Part shown: in pieces, positions 49,923 through 61,315 of the stretch
Numbering within the stretch: the first letter of the stretch is position 1
How the letters are laid out: each line of letters starts with the position of its first letter
Assembly (NCBI GenBank): GCA_040767195.1
Contig: JAXGPA010000001.1
Span: 352,001 to 416,000 of the forward strand
Source: Syntrophales bacterium
Lineage (GTDB): Bacteria; Desulfobacterota; Syntrophia; Syntrophales; UBA6807
Length of the DNA: 64,000 bases
Direction of reading: 5' to 3'
Position numbers and translations under genes: made by a program
Notes under the pieces: generated by a model
Seen by the model: the letters and a program-made list of their open reading frames with translations, nothing else
Told to the model about the DNA's origin: nothing
Databases searched by the model: none

Positions 49923-51328
49923 TTTCCCTGCCCTTCTTTTTCCTCCAGGAAGGACATTCCCATCTTCCAGACGTTTCCCGCGCCCATGGTGACGACCAGG
50001 TCTCCCGGGGAGGTCTCCCCCAGGAGAAAACCCACCACGTCTTCCGAGCCGGGGAGATACCGGCAATTCTTCGGCCCGCGCTTTGCCACGGCTTCCGCCA
50101 GGGGCCTGGCGTGGACGCCTGCCAGGGGCTGCTCGCTGGCCTCGTAGATGTCCGTGATGACGAGCACGTCGGCGTCCCCGAAAGCGCCGCAGAACTCGTC
50201 GAAAAGGGCCTTGGTGCGGGTGTACCGGTGGGGCTGGAACACAACGACAAGCCGCCGTTCCGGCCAGGCCTCCCGGGCCGCCCGGAGGGTGGCCCGGATT
50301 TCCGTGGGGTGATGGCCGTAATCGTCCACCACGAGGACCCCGCCGGTCTCCCCCTTGATTTCCAGGCGGCGATGGACCCCCGTGTAGGTCCGAATACCCT
50401 CCCGGATGATGGGAAAGGCCATTTCCAGTTCCCGGGCCACGGCGATGGACGCCATGGCGTTCAGGACGTTGAAGAGACCGGGAACCTGCAGCTCCACCGG
50501 TCCCAGGACCCGGTCTCCGTAATGAAGGGTAAAATGGCTTCCCCGCCCCTCGAGCCGGATGTCCGACGCCCGGTAGTGAGCCTCCCGGGAAAACCCGTAG
50601 GATATCCACCGGCGCTTGATCTCCGGGAGAATGGCCCGGACATGCTCGTCGTCGATGCACAGGATGGTGGTTCCATAGAAGGGGACCAGGTTGGCGAACT
50701 TGAGAAAGGCCTCCTTGATTTCCTCGATCCCCGCGTAGTGGTCCAGGTGCTCCCGGTCGATGTTGGTGATGACGGCGACGGCGGGAAGAAGCTTCAGAAA
50801 GGACCCGTCGCTTTCATCGGCCTCGGCCACGAGAACCTCGCCGTCTCCCAGGCGCGCGTTGCCGCCGATCATGGCGAGCTTGCCTCCGATCACCATGGTG
50901 GGATCCATGCCCCCGTGGGCCAGGATCGTGGAAATCATGGACGTGGTCGTGGTTTTTCCGTGAGAGCCGGAAACGGCCACGGAAAACTTCATTTTCAGAA
51001 GTTCGGCGAGCATCTCCGCCCTGGGGATGACGGGAATGGCCCGGGCCCGCGCTTCCAGGACCTCGGGGTTGCCTTCCCTGACGGCGGTGGACGTGACCAC
51101 CACATCGGCGTTTCCCACGTTCGCCCTTTCATGGCCGTAAAAGATGCGGGCCCCCAGCCGGACCAGGCGGTCCGTCAGGTCCGAAGCCTGAAGATCCGAT
51201 CCGCTGATACGGTACCCCAGGTTGAGAAGAACCTCGGCGATACCGCTCATCCCGATCCCGCCGATGCCGACGAAGTGGATCTCCCGGATTTTTCTTTTCA
51301 TGAAATCCCGCTTCAGAGGATCGACCAT
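49919..51328 (-). CDS. murC: UDP-MurNAc-L-alanine ligase
   Basis: GIGGIGMS, GSHGKTTT, EADESD, DDYGHHP. Confidence 0.98.
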   Translation of the reverse strand: MVDPLKRDFMKRKIREIHFVGIGGIGMSGIAEVLLNLGYRISGSDLQASDLTDRLVRLGARIFYGHERANVGNADVVVTSTAVREGNPEVLEARARAIPVIPRAEMLAELLKMKFSVAVSGSHGKTTTTSMISTILAHGGMDPTMVIGGKLAMIGGNARLGDGEVLVAEADESDGSFLKLLPAVAVITNIDREHLDHYAGIEEIKEAFLKFANLVPFYGTTILCIDDEHVRAILPEIKRRWISYGFSREAHYRASDIRLEGRGSHFTLHYGDRVLGPVELQVPGLFNVLNAMASIAVARELEMAFPIIREGIRTYTGVHRRLEIKGETGGVLVVDDYGHHPTEIRATLRAAREAWPERRLVVVFQPHRYTRTKALFDEFCGAFGDADVLVITDIYEASEQPLAGVHARPLAEAVAKRGPKNCRYLPGSEDVVGFLLGETSPGDLVVTMGAGNVWKMGMSFLEEKEGQGK

Positions 51329-51338
51329 GGTGAACCCC

Positions 51339-52454
51339 TCATCCTTTCAACACCGAATTTTTTTCTTCGAGAAGCTCGAGGCAGGAAGCCACGATATCCC
51401 GGGCCGCGTTGACGTTTCCCAGTTTCCGGGCGTTCCCGGCCATGTCGGCGACCCTGTCCCGGTCACGGGAAAGGCGCTCGATCATCCCGGCGAGAGTCTC
51501 CCCCGTCAGATCCTTCTGGAGAATCATCTCCCCGGCCCCGCCGCGGACCAGGAGCTCGGCGTTCTTTCTCTGGTGATCCCCTGCCGCATGGGGAAAAGGG
51601 ACGAAAACGGCGGCCTTTCCCCGGGCGGTGATTTCAGCCACCGTCGTGGCCCCGGCCCGGCAGACCAGGAGATCCGCCCGGTCGTATGCAGCCGCCATGT
51701 CCTCTATGAAGGGGTGGACTTCCGCCGCCACATGGACCCTTTCATAGGCTTCCCGAACCACCTGGTCGCCTCCCGGGCCGGTCTGGTGGATGAGATAGAG
51801 CCCCCCTTCCAGGTCCCGGAGGCGGGATGCGGCTTCGACGAAGGCCTCGTTGACGGCCCCGGCTCCCTGGCTCCCTCCGACGACCAGGACGGTAAACCGG
51901 GAATGCCGGGCCGGGGTTTCCGACGGCGCCTCGATGAAGCCTCTCCGAACCGGATTGCCCGTTACGACCGCTTTCCCGGCGGCGAAGAAAGACAGCGTCT
52001 CGGGAAAGGAAACGAAAACCCGTCGGGCCACACGCCCGAGAATCCGGTTCGTCAGGCCCGGCACAGCGTTCTGTTCAGCCACGGCCGTTGGGATCCCCAT
52101 AAGCCGGGCCGCCAGAACCACGGGACCGGAGGCGTAGCCCCCCACCCCGAAAACCAGATGGGGCTCGAATTCCTCGAGGACATCCCGGGAGGCCATGAGG
52201 GCGGCGGGAATTTTCATGAGACCCCCGAGAATACCGAAAGCCCCCTTTCCCCTGAGGCCCGAAACGGGAATGGTCCGAAGGGCGTAACCCAGCCGGCCCA
52301 GGACCCGCGATTCGAGCCCCCGCCTGGTGCCCACGAAAAGAATCTCCGTGCCGGGGTCACGCCGGCGGAATTCGTCCGCCACGGCCACACCGGGAAAGAG
52401 GTGGCCTCCCGTTCCACCGCCGGCGATGATCACCTTGAGAGGGGCCGGCATCAT
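51339..52454 (-). CDS. murG: Lipid II GlcNAc transferase
   Basis: GGGTGGHLFP, EQN, GNPVR, GGSQGA, RAGA. Confidence 0.98.
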   Translation of the reverse strand: MMPAPLKVIIAGGGTGGHLFPGVAVADEFRRRDPGTEILFVGTRRGLESRVLGRLGYALRTIPVSGLRGKGAFGILGGLMKIPAALMASRDVLEEFEPHLVFGVGGYASGPVVLAARLMGIPTAVAEQNAVPGLTNRILGRVARRVFVSFPETLSFFAAGKAVVTGNPVRRGFIEAPSETPARHSRFTVLVVGGSQGAGAVNEAFVEAASRLRDLEGGLYLIHQTGPGGDQVVREAYERVHVAAEVHPFIEDMAAAYDRADLLVCRAGATTVAEITARGKAAVFVPFPHAAGDHQRKNAELLVRGGAGEMILQKDLTGETLAGMIERLSRDRDRVADMAGNARKLGNVNAARDIVASCLELLEEKNSVLKG

Positions 52455-53575
52455 GGCTCACCTCCCTCCTTGTTCGTTTCCCGCTCCCGCTGGGTCAGGG
52501 AAATGTTCATCAGGATGCCCATGACGGCCAGGGAAACGATGAGGGAGGTCCCCCCGTAACTGATGAAAGGCAGCGGAAGTCCCTTCGTCGGAAGAAGCCC
52601 CATGGCGCACCCCATGTTGATGAAGACCTCCAGGGCGATGAGAGCGGTAAGTCCTGAAGCGAGCGTGAAACCGAAGCGGTCTTCCGACCTGGAGGCGATG
52701 ACGAACCCCCGGGTGATGAGGACGAGGAAGAGAACGAGAAGGACGGAGACGCCGACGAGCCCCGTCTCCTCGGCCACGACGGCGAGGATGAAATCCGTGT
52801 GCGGCTCGGGAAGGTAAAACAGTTTCTGGGTGCTGTTGCCGAGTCCGACCCCGAAGAGACCGCCGGAACCGAAGGAGATGAAGGACTGAACGATGTGAAA
52901 GCCCGAGTCCGAGGCATGTTCCCAGGGCTTGAGAAAGGCGAGGAGCCTTTTCAGGCGGTAAGGTTCGAAAACGAGGACATAGGCCGCACCGGGCAGGGCG
53001 AGCAAGAGAAGACCGGCCAGGTGGGTGATCCGGCATCCCGCCAGGTAGAAGAGAAAGAAAGCGATGGCGCAAAGGAGAGCGGATGTGCCGAAATCGGGCT
53101 GTCGAAGGACCAGGAGAACGATGACGGCGAGGAAAGCCAGGGGCACCGGGAAAACCCTTCGGAAATCGCCCATGTGTTCTTCCTTCCGGGACAGGAAGGC
53201 GGCCAGGAAAATCACCAGGAAGACCTTGACGACCTCCGAGACCTGGAAGGCGAAACCACCCAGGCGAAGCCAGCGGGTCGCGCCGCCGGCCCGGACCCCG
53301 AATCCGGGGACGGCGAGAAGAACGAGAAGGGTGATGGCGAGAAAAATCCCCGGATAGGCCAGGTGCCTGAAGCCGGTATAAGGTATCCTGGAAAGAAGAA
53401 CCATGGCGGCGATCCCCACGGCCGCGAACAGCACCTGCTTTCTCACAAAAAAATAACTGTCGCCGAACCGTTCCTGGGCCAGGATGGAACTGGCGCTGTA
53501 GACCATGACTATCCCGCCCGCCGCTAGAAGAAGGGTGACGGTGAAAAGCCAGAGTTCGCCCTGGGGGCCCTTCAT
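52451..53575 (-). CDS. ftsW: SEDS protein FtsW
   Basis: VYSAS, QPDFGT, YLPEPHTDF, PTKGLPLPFISYGG. Confidence 0.97.
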   Translation of the reverse strand: MKGPQGELWLFTVTLLLAAGGIVMVYSASSILAQERFGDSYFFVRKQVLFAAVGIAAMVLLSRIPYTGFRHLAYPGIFLAITLLVLLAVPGFGVRAGGATRWLRLGGFAFQVSEVVKVFLVIFLAAFLSRKEEHMGDFRRVFPVPLAFLAVIVLLVLRQPDFGTSALLCAIAFFLFYLAGCRITHLAGLLLLALPGAAYVLVFEPYRLKRLLAFLKPWEHASDSGFHIVQSFISFGSGGLFGVGLGNSTQKLFYLPEPHTDFILAVVAEETGLVGVSVLLVLFLVLITRGFVIASRSEDRFGFTLASGLTALIALEVFINMGCAMGLLPTKGLPLPFISYGGTSLIVSLAVMGILMNISLTQRERETNKEGGEP

Positions 53576-54951
53576 GGCCCGACCTCCTTTTCGCCCTTTT
53601 CCCCGATGTAAAAGCGGTCTACCAGGGCCTGGAAGTGCCGGCCCCTTTCCCCGTAATCGGCAAAGGCGTCAAAGCTGGCGCATCCCGGCGACAGGAGAAC
53701 CACATCCCCGGCGGTCCCGCTTTTCCAGGCCGTGACGGCGGCTTCCTCGAGAGACGCCGCCTGTCGCGTCTCCACCACGTGGGAAAGCTGTCTGCCGATG
53801 CCTTCCCGGGCCTCCCCGAAGAGGACGAGGAGCTTCACCTTTTCCCGGATGGCGGCGGCCAGTTCACCGAATTCGCCGCCCTTGTCCCGCCCGCCCATGA
53901 GCAGGATCACGGAGGGGGGAAACATGTCCAGGGCCCGGGCCACGGCGCCGGCGTTGGTTCCCTTGGAGTCGTCGTAAAAAGAGATCCCGCCCTTTTCGGC
54001 CACAAACGCCACCCGGTGCGGCATCCCCCGGAACGCCGAAAGGACGGGGAGAATCTCCTCCCGCGTCACGGCGCACCAGCGGGCCGCGAGAAGGGCGGCC
54101 ATGACGTTCTCCAGGTTGTGAAGGCCCTGAAGGGCGATGGCGGACAGGGGATAGGTCTCGCCGTCCCCCGGGCCGCCGACGGTCCGCAGAACCGGGCCGT
54201 CCACGTAGAGACCTTCCGTCACGGGCTTCCTCGAGGAGAACAGCCGGACCGCCGGTTTCAGCTTTTTTTTCAGGATCGACGTTCCCGGATCGTCCCCGTT
54301 CAGAACGGCCAGGTCCTCTTTCTCCTGGTTCTCGAAGATCCTTTCCTTCACCGCCCGGTAGGCCGCCAGCGTCCCGTGGTAATCCAGGTGATCCGGGGTC
54401 ACGTTGAGGAGCAGGGCGACATGGGGGTGGAAGGTCTCGACCCACTGAAGTTGGAAGCTGCTCACCTCGACGACGAGAAAGGCCTCGTCCCCGGGGTGCC
54501 GGGCGTATTCCACGAGAGGCGTCCCGATGTTCCCGCCGACGAAAGCCTTCCGCCCCCCTCCGGCGAGAAGCTCGCCGAGGAGCCCCGTGGTCGTCGTCTT
54601 GCCGTTGGTTCCCGTAATGGCAACGATGGGCTTTTGAATGAATCGGGAGGCGATTTCCAGCTCGCTTCGAATGGGAATGCCCTTTCCCGACCCTTCAACG
54701 AGGAGGGGGTGGAAAGGCGGCACGCCGGGGGAGGGCACGATGAGATCCACGGCGCCCGGGAGAAGGGGCCGATCGAGGAAACGAAGGCTGTCGAAACCGG
54801 TGCCGGCAAAGGCGAACCGGGCGTCCCGGCGCCCTCTTTCCCCGTCGTCCCAGAGAAAAACACGGGCCCCGCGGGACAGGAGGAAGTTGACGGAGGCCTG
54901 GCCCGTCTTCCCGTATCCGATGACGAGCACGCTTTGATCCTTCAGGTCCAT
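53572..54951 (-). CDS. murD: UDP-MurNAc-L-Ala-D-glutamate ligase
   Basis: GTNGKTTT, EVSSFQL, DSKGTN, SPGCASFD. Confidence 0.98.
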   Translation of the reverse strand: MDLKDQSVLVIGYGKTGQASVNFLLSRGARVFLWDDGERGRRDARFAFAGTGFDSLRFLDRPLLPGAVDLIVPSPGVPPFHPLLVEGSGKGIPIRSELEIASRFIQKPIVAITGTNGKTTTTGLLGELLAGGGRKAFVGGNIGTPLVEYARHPGDEAFLVVEVSSFQLQWVETFHPHVALLLNVTPDHLDYHGTLAAYRAVKERIFENQEKEDLAVLNGDDPGTSILKKKLKPAVRLFSSRKPVTEGLYVDGPVLRTVGGPGDGETYPLSAIALQGLHNLENVMAALLAARWCAVTREEILPVLSAFRGMPHRVAFVAEKGGISFYDDSKGTNAGAVARALDMFPPSVILLMGGRDKGGEFGELAAAIREKVKLLVLFGEAREGIGRQLSHVVETRQAASLEEAAVTAWKSGTAGDVVLLSPGCASFDAFADYGERGRHFQALVDRFYIGEKGEKEVGP

Positions 54952-54958
54952 GATCCCC

Positions 54959-56038
54959 CTACCTCAGTTTCAGGGTGCTGATGGCGATGAGGGCCAGGAT
55001 GATGGAAATGATCCAGAACCGGACGATCACCTTCGGTTCCGGCCAGCCTTTCAGCTCGAAGTGGTGGTGGATGGGCGCCATCCGGAAGATCCTTCTTCCA
55101 TTGGACATCTTGAACCACCCCACCTGGAAGATGACCGACACGGTCTCGACGACGAAAATCCCCCCCACGATGGCCAGGAGGATCTCCTGCTTCGTCATGA
55201 CGGCGAGGGTTCCCAGGCTCCCTCCCAGGGCGAGGGACCCCACGTCTCCCATGAAAATCTGGGCCGGGTAGGTGTTGTACCAGAGGAACCCGATGCCGGC
55301 ACCCACCATGGCGCCGCAGAACACGGTGAGCTCTCCCGTCCCGGGCACGTAAGGGATCTGAAGGTACCCGGATATCCTGAAATTCCCGGCGAAATAAGCG
55401 AAAAGCAGATAGGTGACGAAACAGATGGTGGCGGGGCCGACAGCCAGGCCGTCAAGCCCGTCGGTCAGGTTCACCGCATTGGCCGCCCCCACGATGACGA
55501 AGGCGGCGAACAGCGCGTATCCCCACTGAAGATCGGGAAGAATGGTCTTGAAAAAGGGAACGGCCACGGTGGTGGGGAATCCGGGCTTGACGCAAAGGAT
55601 GACGGCGATGACGAGGGCGATGAGAAACTCGCAGGCCAGCCGGAGTTTTCCCGGGACTCCGCGGCTCGTGCCCCCACGCAGCTTCCCGAAGTCGTCCACG
55701 AACCCCACGATCCCGAACCCGACGAGAGCCGCCAGGATGAGCCACACATAGACCACGTCGAGGCGGGCCCACAGAAAGGTGGCGACAAAGGCGGACAGAA
55801 TGATGATGACGCCCCCCATGGTCGGGGTGCCTTTCTTGGAAAGGTGGGAACCCGGGCCGTCCTCGCGGATGGGTTGGCCTATCTTCAGGGTCTGGAGCTT
55901 CTCGATGAACCAGGGTATGAGGACGAAACACAGGACCAGGGCGGTGATGGTGGCGTAGATCGTCCGGAAAGTGATGTACCGGAAGACGTTGAAACTCGAT
56001 ATGACATCGCTGAGCGGATAAAGGAGATGATAGATCAC
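54959..56038 (-). CDS. mraY: Phospho-MurNAc-pentapeptide transferase
   Basis: [35 protein letters not shown] 56038. Confidence 0.98.
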   Translation of the reverse strand: MIYHLLYPLSDVISSFNVFRYITFRTIYATITALVLCFVLIPWFIEKLQTLKIGQPIREDGPGSHLSKKGTPTMGGVIIILSAFVATFLWARLDVVYVWLILAALVGFGIVGFVDDFGKLRGGTSRGVPGKLRLACEFLIALVIAVILCVKPGFPTTVAVPFFKTILPDLQWGYALFAAFVIVGAANAVNLTDGLDGLAVGPATICFVTYLLFAYFAGNFRISGYLQIPYVPGTGELTVFCGAMVGAGIGFLWYNTYPAQIFMGDVGSLALGGSLGTLAVMTKQEILLAIVGGIFVVETVSVIFQVGWFKMSNGRRIFRMAPIHHHFELKGWPEPKVIVRFWIISIILALIAISTLKLR

Positions 56039-57492
56039 GCCTGTTCGCCCACCCTTTCCCGTTCCTCTTCCCGGGGCCTTCCGAAGGCCGACCGGAGAGC
56101 CTCGCAAAAGGACTCCATCCGCATTCCCCGGGAACCTTTCACCAGGATCCAGTCCCCCTTCCGAAGCCGTCCCCGGAAAAAAGACACCGCCTCCGCCGGT
56201 TCCGTCACGAACACCACCTTTTCCCGACCTGTCCCCGCCTCTTCGGCCCCGGCGGCCGTCCACTCCGCCAGGGTTCCCGCGAGAAGCAGGCTTTCCACGC
56301 CCAGTTTCCCGATTTCCCGGCCCGCTTCCCGGTGGAGGGTTCCCGCTTCTTCCCCCAGTTCGAGCATGTCCCCGAGGAGCAGGTAAAGTCTCCCGCCGCC
56401 CCGGACATCCTCGAGGGCCGCCAGGGCCGCCCGGAGGGAATCGGGATTGGCGTTGTAGGTGTCGTCCACCAGGAAGGCCCCGCCGGCGAGTCCCGAAACG
56501 GTCAGCCTTCCCGGAACGGGCCGCGCCTCTCCCAGGCCTTCAAGAATCTCCCGAGGGTCCAGCCCGGCGGCCCGGCACGCCGCAGCCGCGGCCAGGGCGT
56601 TGCCCACATTGGACCGTCCGAAAAAGGGCAGAAACAGGGACCCCCGGAAAGAACCGACACGGAGGGTGAACCGGGTGCCCCCGGTGCTGTCGATAACCAT
56701 GTCTTCCGCCCCCACATCCGCCTGCCCGTGGACGCCGAAGGTAATCCTTTTCCCGCCCCATGGCGCGGCGGCCTTCAGGATACGGGCGTCGTCCTCGTTG
56801 ACCACGATCGTTCCGGCGGGGTCCATCCCCCGGAAAAGAGACCCCTTCTCTTCCGCCACGCGATCCAGGGTCCCGAATCCTTCCAGGTGGGCCCGGCCGA
56901 TAGTGGTGATGACCCCGACGGTGGGCCGGGCGATTTCCGCAAGCCGTCCGATTTCGCCCATCCGGTTCGTCCCCATCTCGATGACGGCGGCTTCGTGGTC
57001 TTCCCGGATCCCGAAGAGCGCCTTGGGAACCCCCACGAGGTTGTTCCAGTTCCCCGGGCTTACCAGGGACTTCCGGCCCCGGGAGAGGACCGCCCCGATC
57101 ATGTCCTTGGTTGTCGTCTTTCCCGAGCTTCCCGTCACGGCAATGACGGGAAGCTCGAAATGGTCCCGCCAGTGTCGGGCCAGGTCTCCCAAGGCCCGGA
57201 GCGTGTCCGCCACGGCGACGACAAAAAGATCTTCACCGCCGCAGGCGGCCCCGGCAAGTCGTGTTCCCGCCTTAACCACGAAACCGGCCGCCTTTTTTTC
57301 CGCCGCCTTTGCCAGAAAATCATGGCCGTCGAACCGGTCGCCCCGAAGGGCCACGAAGAGATTTCCCGCCTCGACGGTCCGGGAATCGGTGGAGACGCCG
57401 AAGGCCCGGGCGTCCGTTTTCCCCGCCTCCAGGGATCCGACGGTGGCCCGGACGATTTCGCCGACGGAGAAGGCAGGCCGGGTCCCCCTCAT
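56035..57492 (-). CDS. murF: UDP-MurNAc-tripeptide D-Ala-D-Ala ligase
   Basis: [32 protein letters not shown] 57492. Confidence 0.97.
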   Translation of the reverse strand: MRGTRPAFSVGEIVRATVGSLEAGKTDARAFGVSTDSRTVEAGNLFVALRGDRFDGHDFLAKAAEKKAAGFVVKAGTRLAGAACGGEDLFVVAVADTLRALGDLARHWRDHFELPVIAVTGSSGKTTTKDMIGAVLSRGRKSLVSPGNWNNLVGVPKALFGIREDHEAAVIEMGTNRMGEIGRLAEIARPTVGVITTIGRAHLEGFGTLDRVAEEKGSLFRGMDPAGTIVVNEDDARILKAAAPWGGKRITFGVHGQADVGAEDMVIDSTGGTRFTLRVGSFRGSLFLPFFGRSNVGNALAAAAACRAAGLDPREILEGLGEARPVPGRLTVSGLAGGAFLVDDTYNANPDSLRAALAALEDVRGGGRLYLLLGDMLELGEEAGTLHREAGREIGKLGVESLLLAGTLAEWTAAGAEEAGTGREKVVFVTEPAEAVSFFRGRLRKGDWILVKGSRGMRMESFCEALRSAFGRPREEERERVGEQA

Positions 57493-59018
57493 CCCGACGC
57501 CCTCCTTCGGCTCCTCTCGTCCAGGGCCCCGCGGGCCACCTGCCGGTCGTCGAAAGGGCATTTCTCCGTTCCGATGATCTGGTAATCCTCGTGGCCTTTT
57601 CCCGCGATGAGCACGATGTCCCCCGTCCCGGCGAAGGCCACCGCCCGGCGGATCGCTTCCCGGCGGTCCGGGAGAACGACGTAGCCCTGCCCGCCGTAGC
57701 GGTCTTCAAAGTCTTCAGGTTTGTATTTCTTCAGGGAAGTTCCCCGAAGGCCCGCCTCGATCTGGTCGATGATCTCGAGGGGGTCTTCCGTTCGCGGGTT
57801 GTCCGACGTGACGACGGCGAGATCGCTCATCTCCCCGGCGGCCCGTCCCATGAGAGGCCGCTTCGTCCTGTCCCGGTCACCGCCGCAGCCGAAGACGGTG
57901 ATGACCCTTCCTTCCCGGAAGGCCGACAGGGTCTCGAGGACCTTCCGGAGGGCGTCTTCCTTGTGGGCGTAGTCGACGAAGACCACCGGTTCCCCGGGAC
58001 GGCTGACTTTTTCGAGACGCCCGGGGACGGCCGCCAGGGCGGCGATCCCCTCCTGAATCCGCGGCGGGTCGATATCCACGGCAAGGGCCGCCGCCGTGGC
58101 CGCCAGGATATTGTAGAGGTTGAATTTTCCCGTCAGGGGGCTCGTTACGGGGAAAACCCCCGCCGGTGTCTCGAGGCGGGCGTCGATCCCCTCGAGAGCG
58201 AGATTCCAGGACAGGGGCCGGATCGTCGCATCCGGCGCCGTCCCGAAAACGGTCACGCCATCGCCGAATTCCTCGATAAACCGCCTTCCCCAGGGATCGT
58301 CTCCGTTTATGATTTTCCGCGTCCTGTCTCCCTCGAGGATTTCCTTGAAAAAACGTCGTTTGCTTTCGTAATAGGCCTCCATGGTCCGGTGAAAGTCGAG
58401 GTGATCCTGGGACAGGTTCGTAAACACCCCGGCGGTGAAACGGCAGTCGTGAACCCGGTACAGATCCAGAGCGTGGGAGGAGACTTCCATGACGCCGTGG
58501 GTGACCCCGGCGGCCGCCATCTCCCGGAGAAGCCTCTGGAGGTCCGTCGATTCGGGGGTCGTGTTGGGGGCCGGGACCGTTTTTCCGCCGTAGCGGTAAT
58601 TGACCGTCCCGATGACCGCCGCGGCGTGCCCCGCCGACCGCAGAATGGACTCGACGAGGTAGGTCACAGTGGTTTTCCCGCTTGTTCCCGTCACGCCGAT
58701 GAGGCGGATTTCCCGGGAAGGGTTCCCGAAAAAATTGGCGCTCATTCTCGCCAGGGCCCGACGGCTGTCGGCGACCCGAACGGCCGTCACGGCACGCGGG
58801 ACGTCAACCTCCCTTTCGGAAACGACAAAGGCCGCTCCTTTCTCCACGGCCTGACGGACGAACCGGTGGCCGTCCGCCCTGAGCCCCCGGACGGCGGTGA
58901 AAAGGGCGCCGGGACGGCAGGCCCTGGAATCGTAGCACACATCCGCCACAGTGGTCCGGCCGCCGTGACGGATGGACACGATCTCAACGCCTTTCAGGAC
59001 CTTGTCTAACGTTTCCAT
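57489..59018 (-). CDS. murE: UDP-MurNAc-dipeptide meso-DAP ligase
   Basis: MEVSSH, DYAH, FGCGGDRD, DNPR (DAP-type), GKGHE. Confidence 0.98.
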   Translation of the reverse strand: METLDKVLKGVEIVSIRHGGRTTVADVCYDSRACRPGALFTAVRGLRADGHRFVRQAVEKGAAFVVSEREVDVPRAVTAVRVADSRRALARMSANFFGNPSREIRLIGVTGTSGKTTVTYLVESILRSAGHAAAVIGTVNYRYGGKTVPAPNTTPESTDLQRLLREMAAAGVTHGVMEVSSHALDLYRVHDCRFTAGVFTNLSQDHLDFHRTMEAYYESKRRFFKEILEGDRTRKIINGDDPWGRRFIEEFGDGVTVFGTAPDATIRPLSWNLALEGIDARLETPAGVFPVTSPLTGKFNLYNILAATAAALAVDIDPPRIQEGIAALAAVPGRLEKVSRPGEPVVFVDYAHKEDALRKVLETLSAFREGRVITVFGCGGDRDRTKRPLMGRAAGEMSDLAVVTSDNPRTEDPLEIIDQIEAGLRGTSLKKYKPEDFEDRYGGQGYVVLPDRREAIRRAVAFAGTGDIVLIAGKGHEDYQIIGTEKCPFDDRQVARGALDERSRRRASG

Positions 59019-61003
59019 GATTCTCCAGCCCGTTGTTCTCCCGGGTCAAACCAGACCCGGCACAACGGTTCGCCGTCCAGGGGCGTTCCCGCGCCGGGGT
59101 CCTGCCGGACCGCCCAGCCGCTTCCCGCAAGGCGGGTTTCGATACCTCTTTCCGCCGCGATTTTCAAGACCTCCGACAGGGTCTTTCCCCTGAAATCGGG
59201 GTACGCCGAGACGGGGTGTTCGGCGGTCATGGAAAAAATGGTCCCCGAGGAAATTTTACGAATCTCCTCCTCTTTCCCCCGGGGACCGGCGACCACGGCA
59301 CCGACGGGCTCATCGAACCCGCGGATGATCTGTTCACTCACTTTCCGGAAAAGCGGGGCGGCGGCCTGTCCGCCCCACCGCCGTGTCTCCGGCTCGTCGA
59401 GCATGACATAAACCACCATCCGGGGACGGTCGGCGGGAAAGAACCCGATGAAGGAGGCCCGGACCTTCCTCGGGGAGTACTGTCCCGTTTCCCTGTCCAG
59501 CTTCTGGGACGTGCCCGTCTTTCCCGCCACGGCCACGTCGGCGATCCGGGCGTTCCTTCCCGTTCCGTCTTGTGCCTCAACCACATTTCTCAGGTAACCG
59601 GTCATCCGCCAGGCCGCCTGCGGGGACAGAACTCTCCGGACCACCTCGGGCTCGAATTCCCTGATCACGGCCCCGGAATCATCAACGATCCCCCGGACGA
59701 TTCGGGGTTTCACAAGAACACCGTCATTGGCGATGGCCGCCATGGCCGTCACGAGCTGGACAGCCGTCACCGATATACCCTGTCCGAATCCGATGGTGGC
59801 GAGATCCACGGTGGTCCAGCGGTCCGGGTCCCGGAGAATCCCGGAGGCCTCCCCGGGCAGGTCGATCCCTGTTTTCTGCCCGAACCCGAAATTCCGGATC
59901 CACCGGTGAAATTTTTCCGCCCCCAGCCGGTCGGCGATCTTCGCGCACCCGATATTGCTTGAATACTTCAGGATCTCCGCCGGCGTCAGGATCTCGTAAC
60001 GCTTCCCCAGGGCCTCGTGGATGGTTTTCCGCCCCACCGTGTAAAGGCCTTTCTCGCAATCGATTTCCTCGTTTTCGCTGATCACGCCTTCCTCGAAAGC
60101 AGCGGCCATGAGAAAGGGCTTGAATGTCGACCCCGGGTCGAAACTGTCCAGGACGCCCCTGTTTTTTCGGATCTCCCGGTCATAGGCCGTAAAAACATTG
60201 GGATTGAAGGCCGGTGCGTTTGCCATGGCCAGGATTTCACCGGTCCCCGGATCCATGACGATGACGAGGCCTCCCCGGGCGCCCGTTTCAGCGACGGCCT
60301 CCTGGAGACGTTCTTCCACGGCATGCTGGATTCGGCTGTCGATGGTCAGGATGAGATTGCACGAGGGCGAGGGATCCTCATTTTCCTCGGTCATATCCTG
60401 ATAGAACCGCTGCCCCTTGGCGTCCCTCCCCCAGACGACCCTCCGGGGGGGGCGGGTGAGGATGCCGTCGTAAAAGAGTTCCAGGCCCTCGAGCCCTTTC
60501 GAGTCGTACCCCACGCACCCCAGGAGATGGGCGGCCAGTGACCGGTTGGTATAGAATCGCTTGGGTTCCTTGACGAGAAAGACCCCGTCCAGGTCGAGCG
60601 ACCGGACACGATCGGCCTGCTCCGGCGAGATCATGCGCCTGATCCAGGAGAAACGGCGTCCCTGGGACAGTTTTTCCCGAACCGTTTTTCGAGGCAGATC
60701 CAGGGCGGCGGAAAGGCAGGCCGCCGTTTCTTCCCTTTTATCGATCCTGGAGGGGTCGGCCCACAGGGAATCCACCAGGAGGCTCGCCGCCAGCACCGTC
60801 CCATTCCGGTCGAGGATCTGCCCCCGCTCAGGCTGAAGGGTCAGGACGGTGGTGTGCTGTCTCGCCGCGAGATCCTTCAGGGACCGGGCGGAAAAAAACT
60901 GGATCTGGACAGCCCGGGAGAGGAGGGCCACATAGAGGACGAAAAAGAACCCGAGGAGGAGCCAGCCTCTCGTCCGGATCCGCTTTTTCTCTTCTTTCTT
61001 CAT
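59006..61003 (-). CDS. ftsI: Penicillin-binding protein 3 with C-terminal PASTA domain
   Basis: PGSTFK, SSN, GKTGT; dcw position. Confidence 0.96.
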   Translation of the reverse strand: MKKEEKKRIRTRGWLLLGFFFVLYVALLSRAVQIQFFSARSLKDLAARQHTTVLTLQPERGQILDRNGTVLAASLLVDSLWADPSRIDKREETAACLSAALDLPRKTVREKLSQGRRFSWIRRMISPEQADRVRSLDLDGVFLVKEPKRFYTNRSLAAHLLGCVGYDSKGLEGLELFYDGILTRPPRRVVWGRDAKGQRFYQDMTEENEDPSPSCNLILTIDSRIQHAVEERLQEAVAETGARGGLVIVMDPGTGEILAMANAPAFNPNVFTAYDREIRKNRGVLDSFDPGSTFKPFLMAAAFEEGVISENEEIDCEKGLYTVGRKTIHEALGKRYEILTPAEILKYSSNIGCAKIADRLGAEKFHRWIRNFGFGQKTGIDLPGEASGILRDPDRWTTVDLATIGFGQGISVTAVQLVTAMAAIANDGVLVKPRIVRGIVDDSGAVIREFEPEVVRRVLSPQAAWRMTGYLRNVVEAQDGTGRNARIADVAVAGKTGTSQKLDRETGQYSPRKVRASFIGFFPADRPRMVVYVMLDEPETRRWGGQAAAPLFRKVSEQIIRGFDEPVGAVVAGPRGKEEEIRKISSGTIFSMTAEHPVSAYPDFRGKTLSEVLKIAAERGIETRLAGSGWAVRQDPGAGTPLDGEPLCRVWFDPGEQRAGESWKR

Positions 61004-61311
61004 TTCATGAAAATGATCTGGCCTTTCGCCGGATAGTCCATGTTCAGCCGTTCCCGGGCAAGGGCCTCGATCCGCCCCGCCGACCGGAGGGTGGCCCGTT
61101 CCACCTTGAGCCTCTTGTTCTCTTCCAGGAGATGCTCCCGGCGCTTCAGTTCCTCGGCGATGTCATAGCTGATCTGCTTCATGTTAATCTGAAGGCCCAC
61201 CTGAAGGATCAGCGCGGCAACGAGAAGAACGGAGAAAAAAAGAAGGGCCCGGAAGCCCTCCGGGGGCCTCTTTTCTCCCCTTGCGCGCCCCTTGTCCCCT
61301 CTTTCCGCCAT
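61000..61311 (-). CDS. ftsL: Cell division protein FtsL
   Basis: TM helix, coiled coil, RIEALARERLNM..P; located between rsmH and ftsI. Confidence 0.85.
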   Translation of the reverse strand: MAERGDKGRARGEKRPPEGFRALLFFSVLLVAALILQVGLQINMKQISYDIAEELKRREHLLEENKRLKVERATLRSAGRIEALARERLNMDYPAKGQIIFMK

Positions 61312-61315
61312 GGCC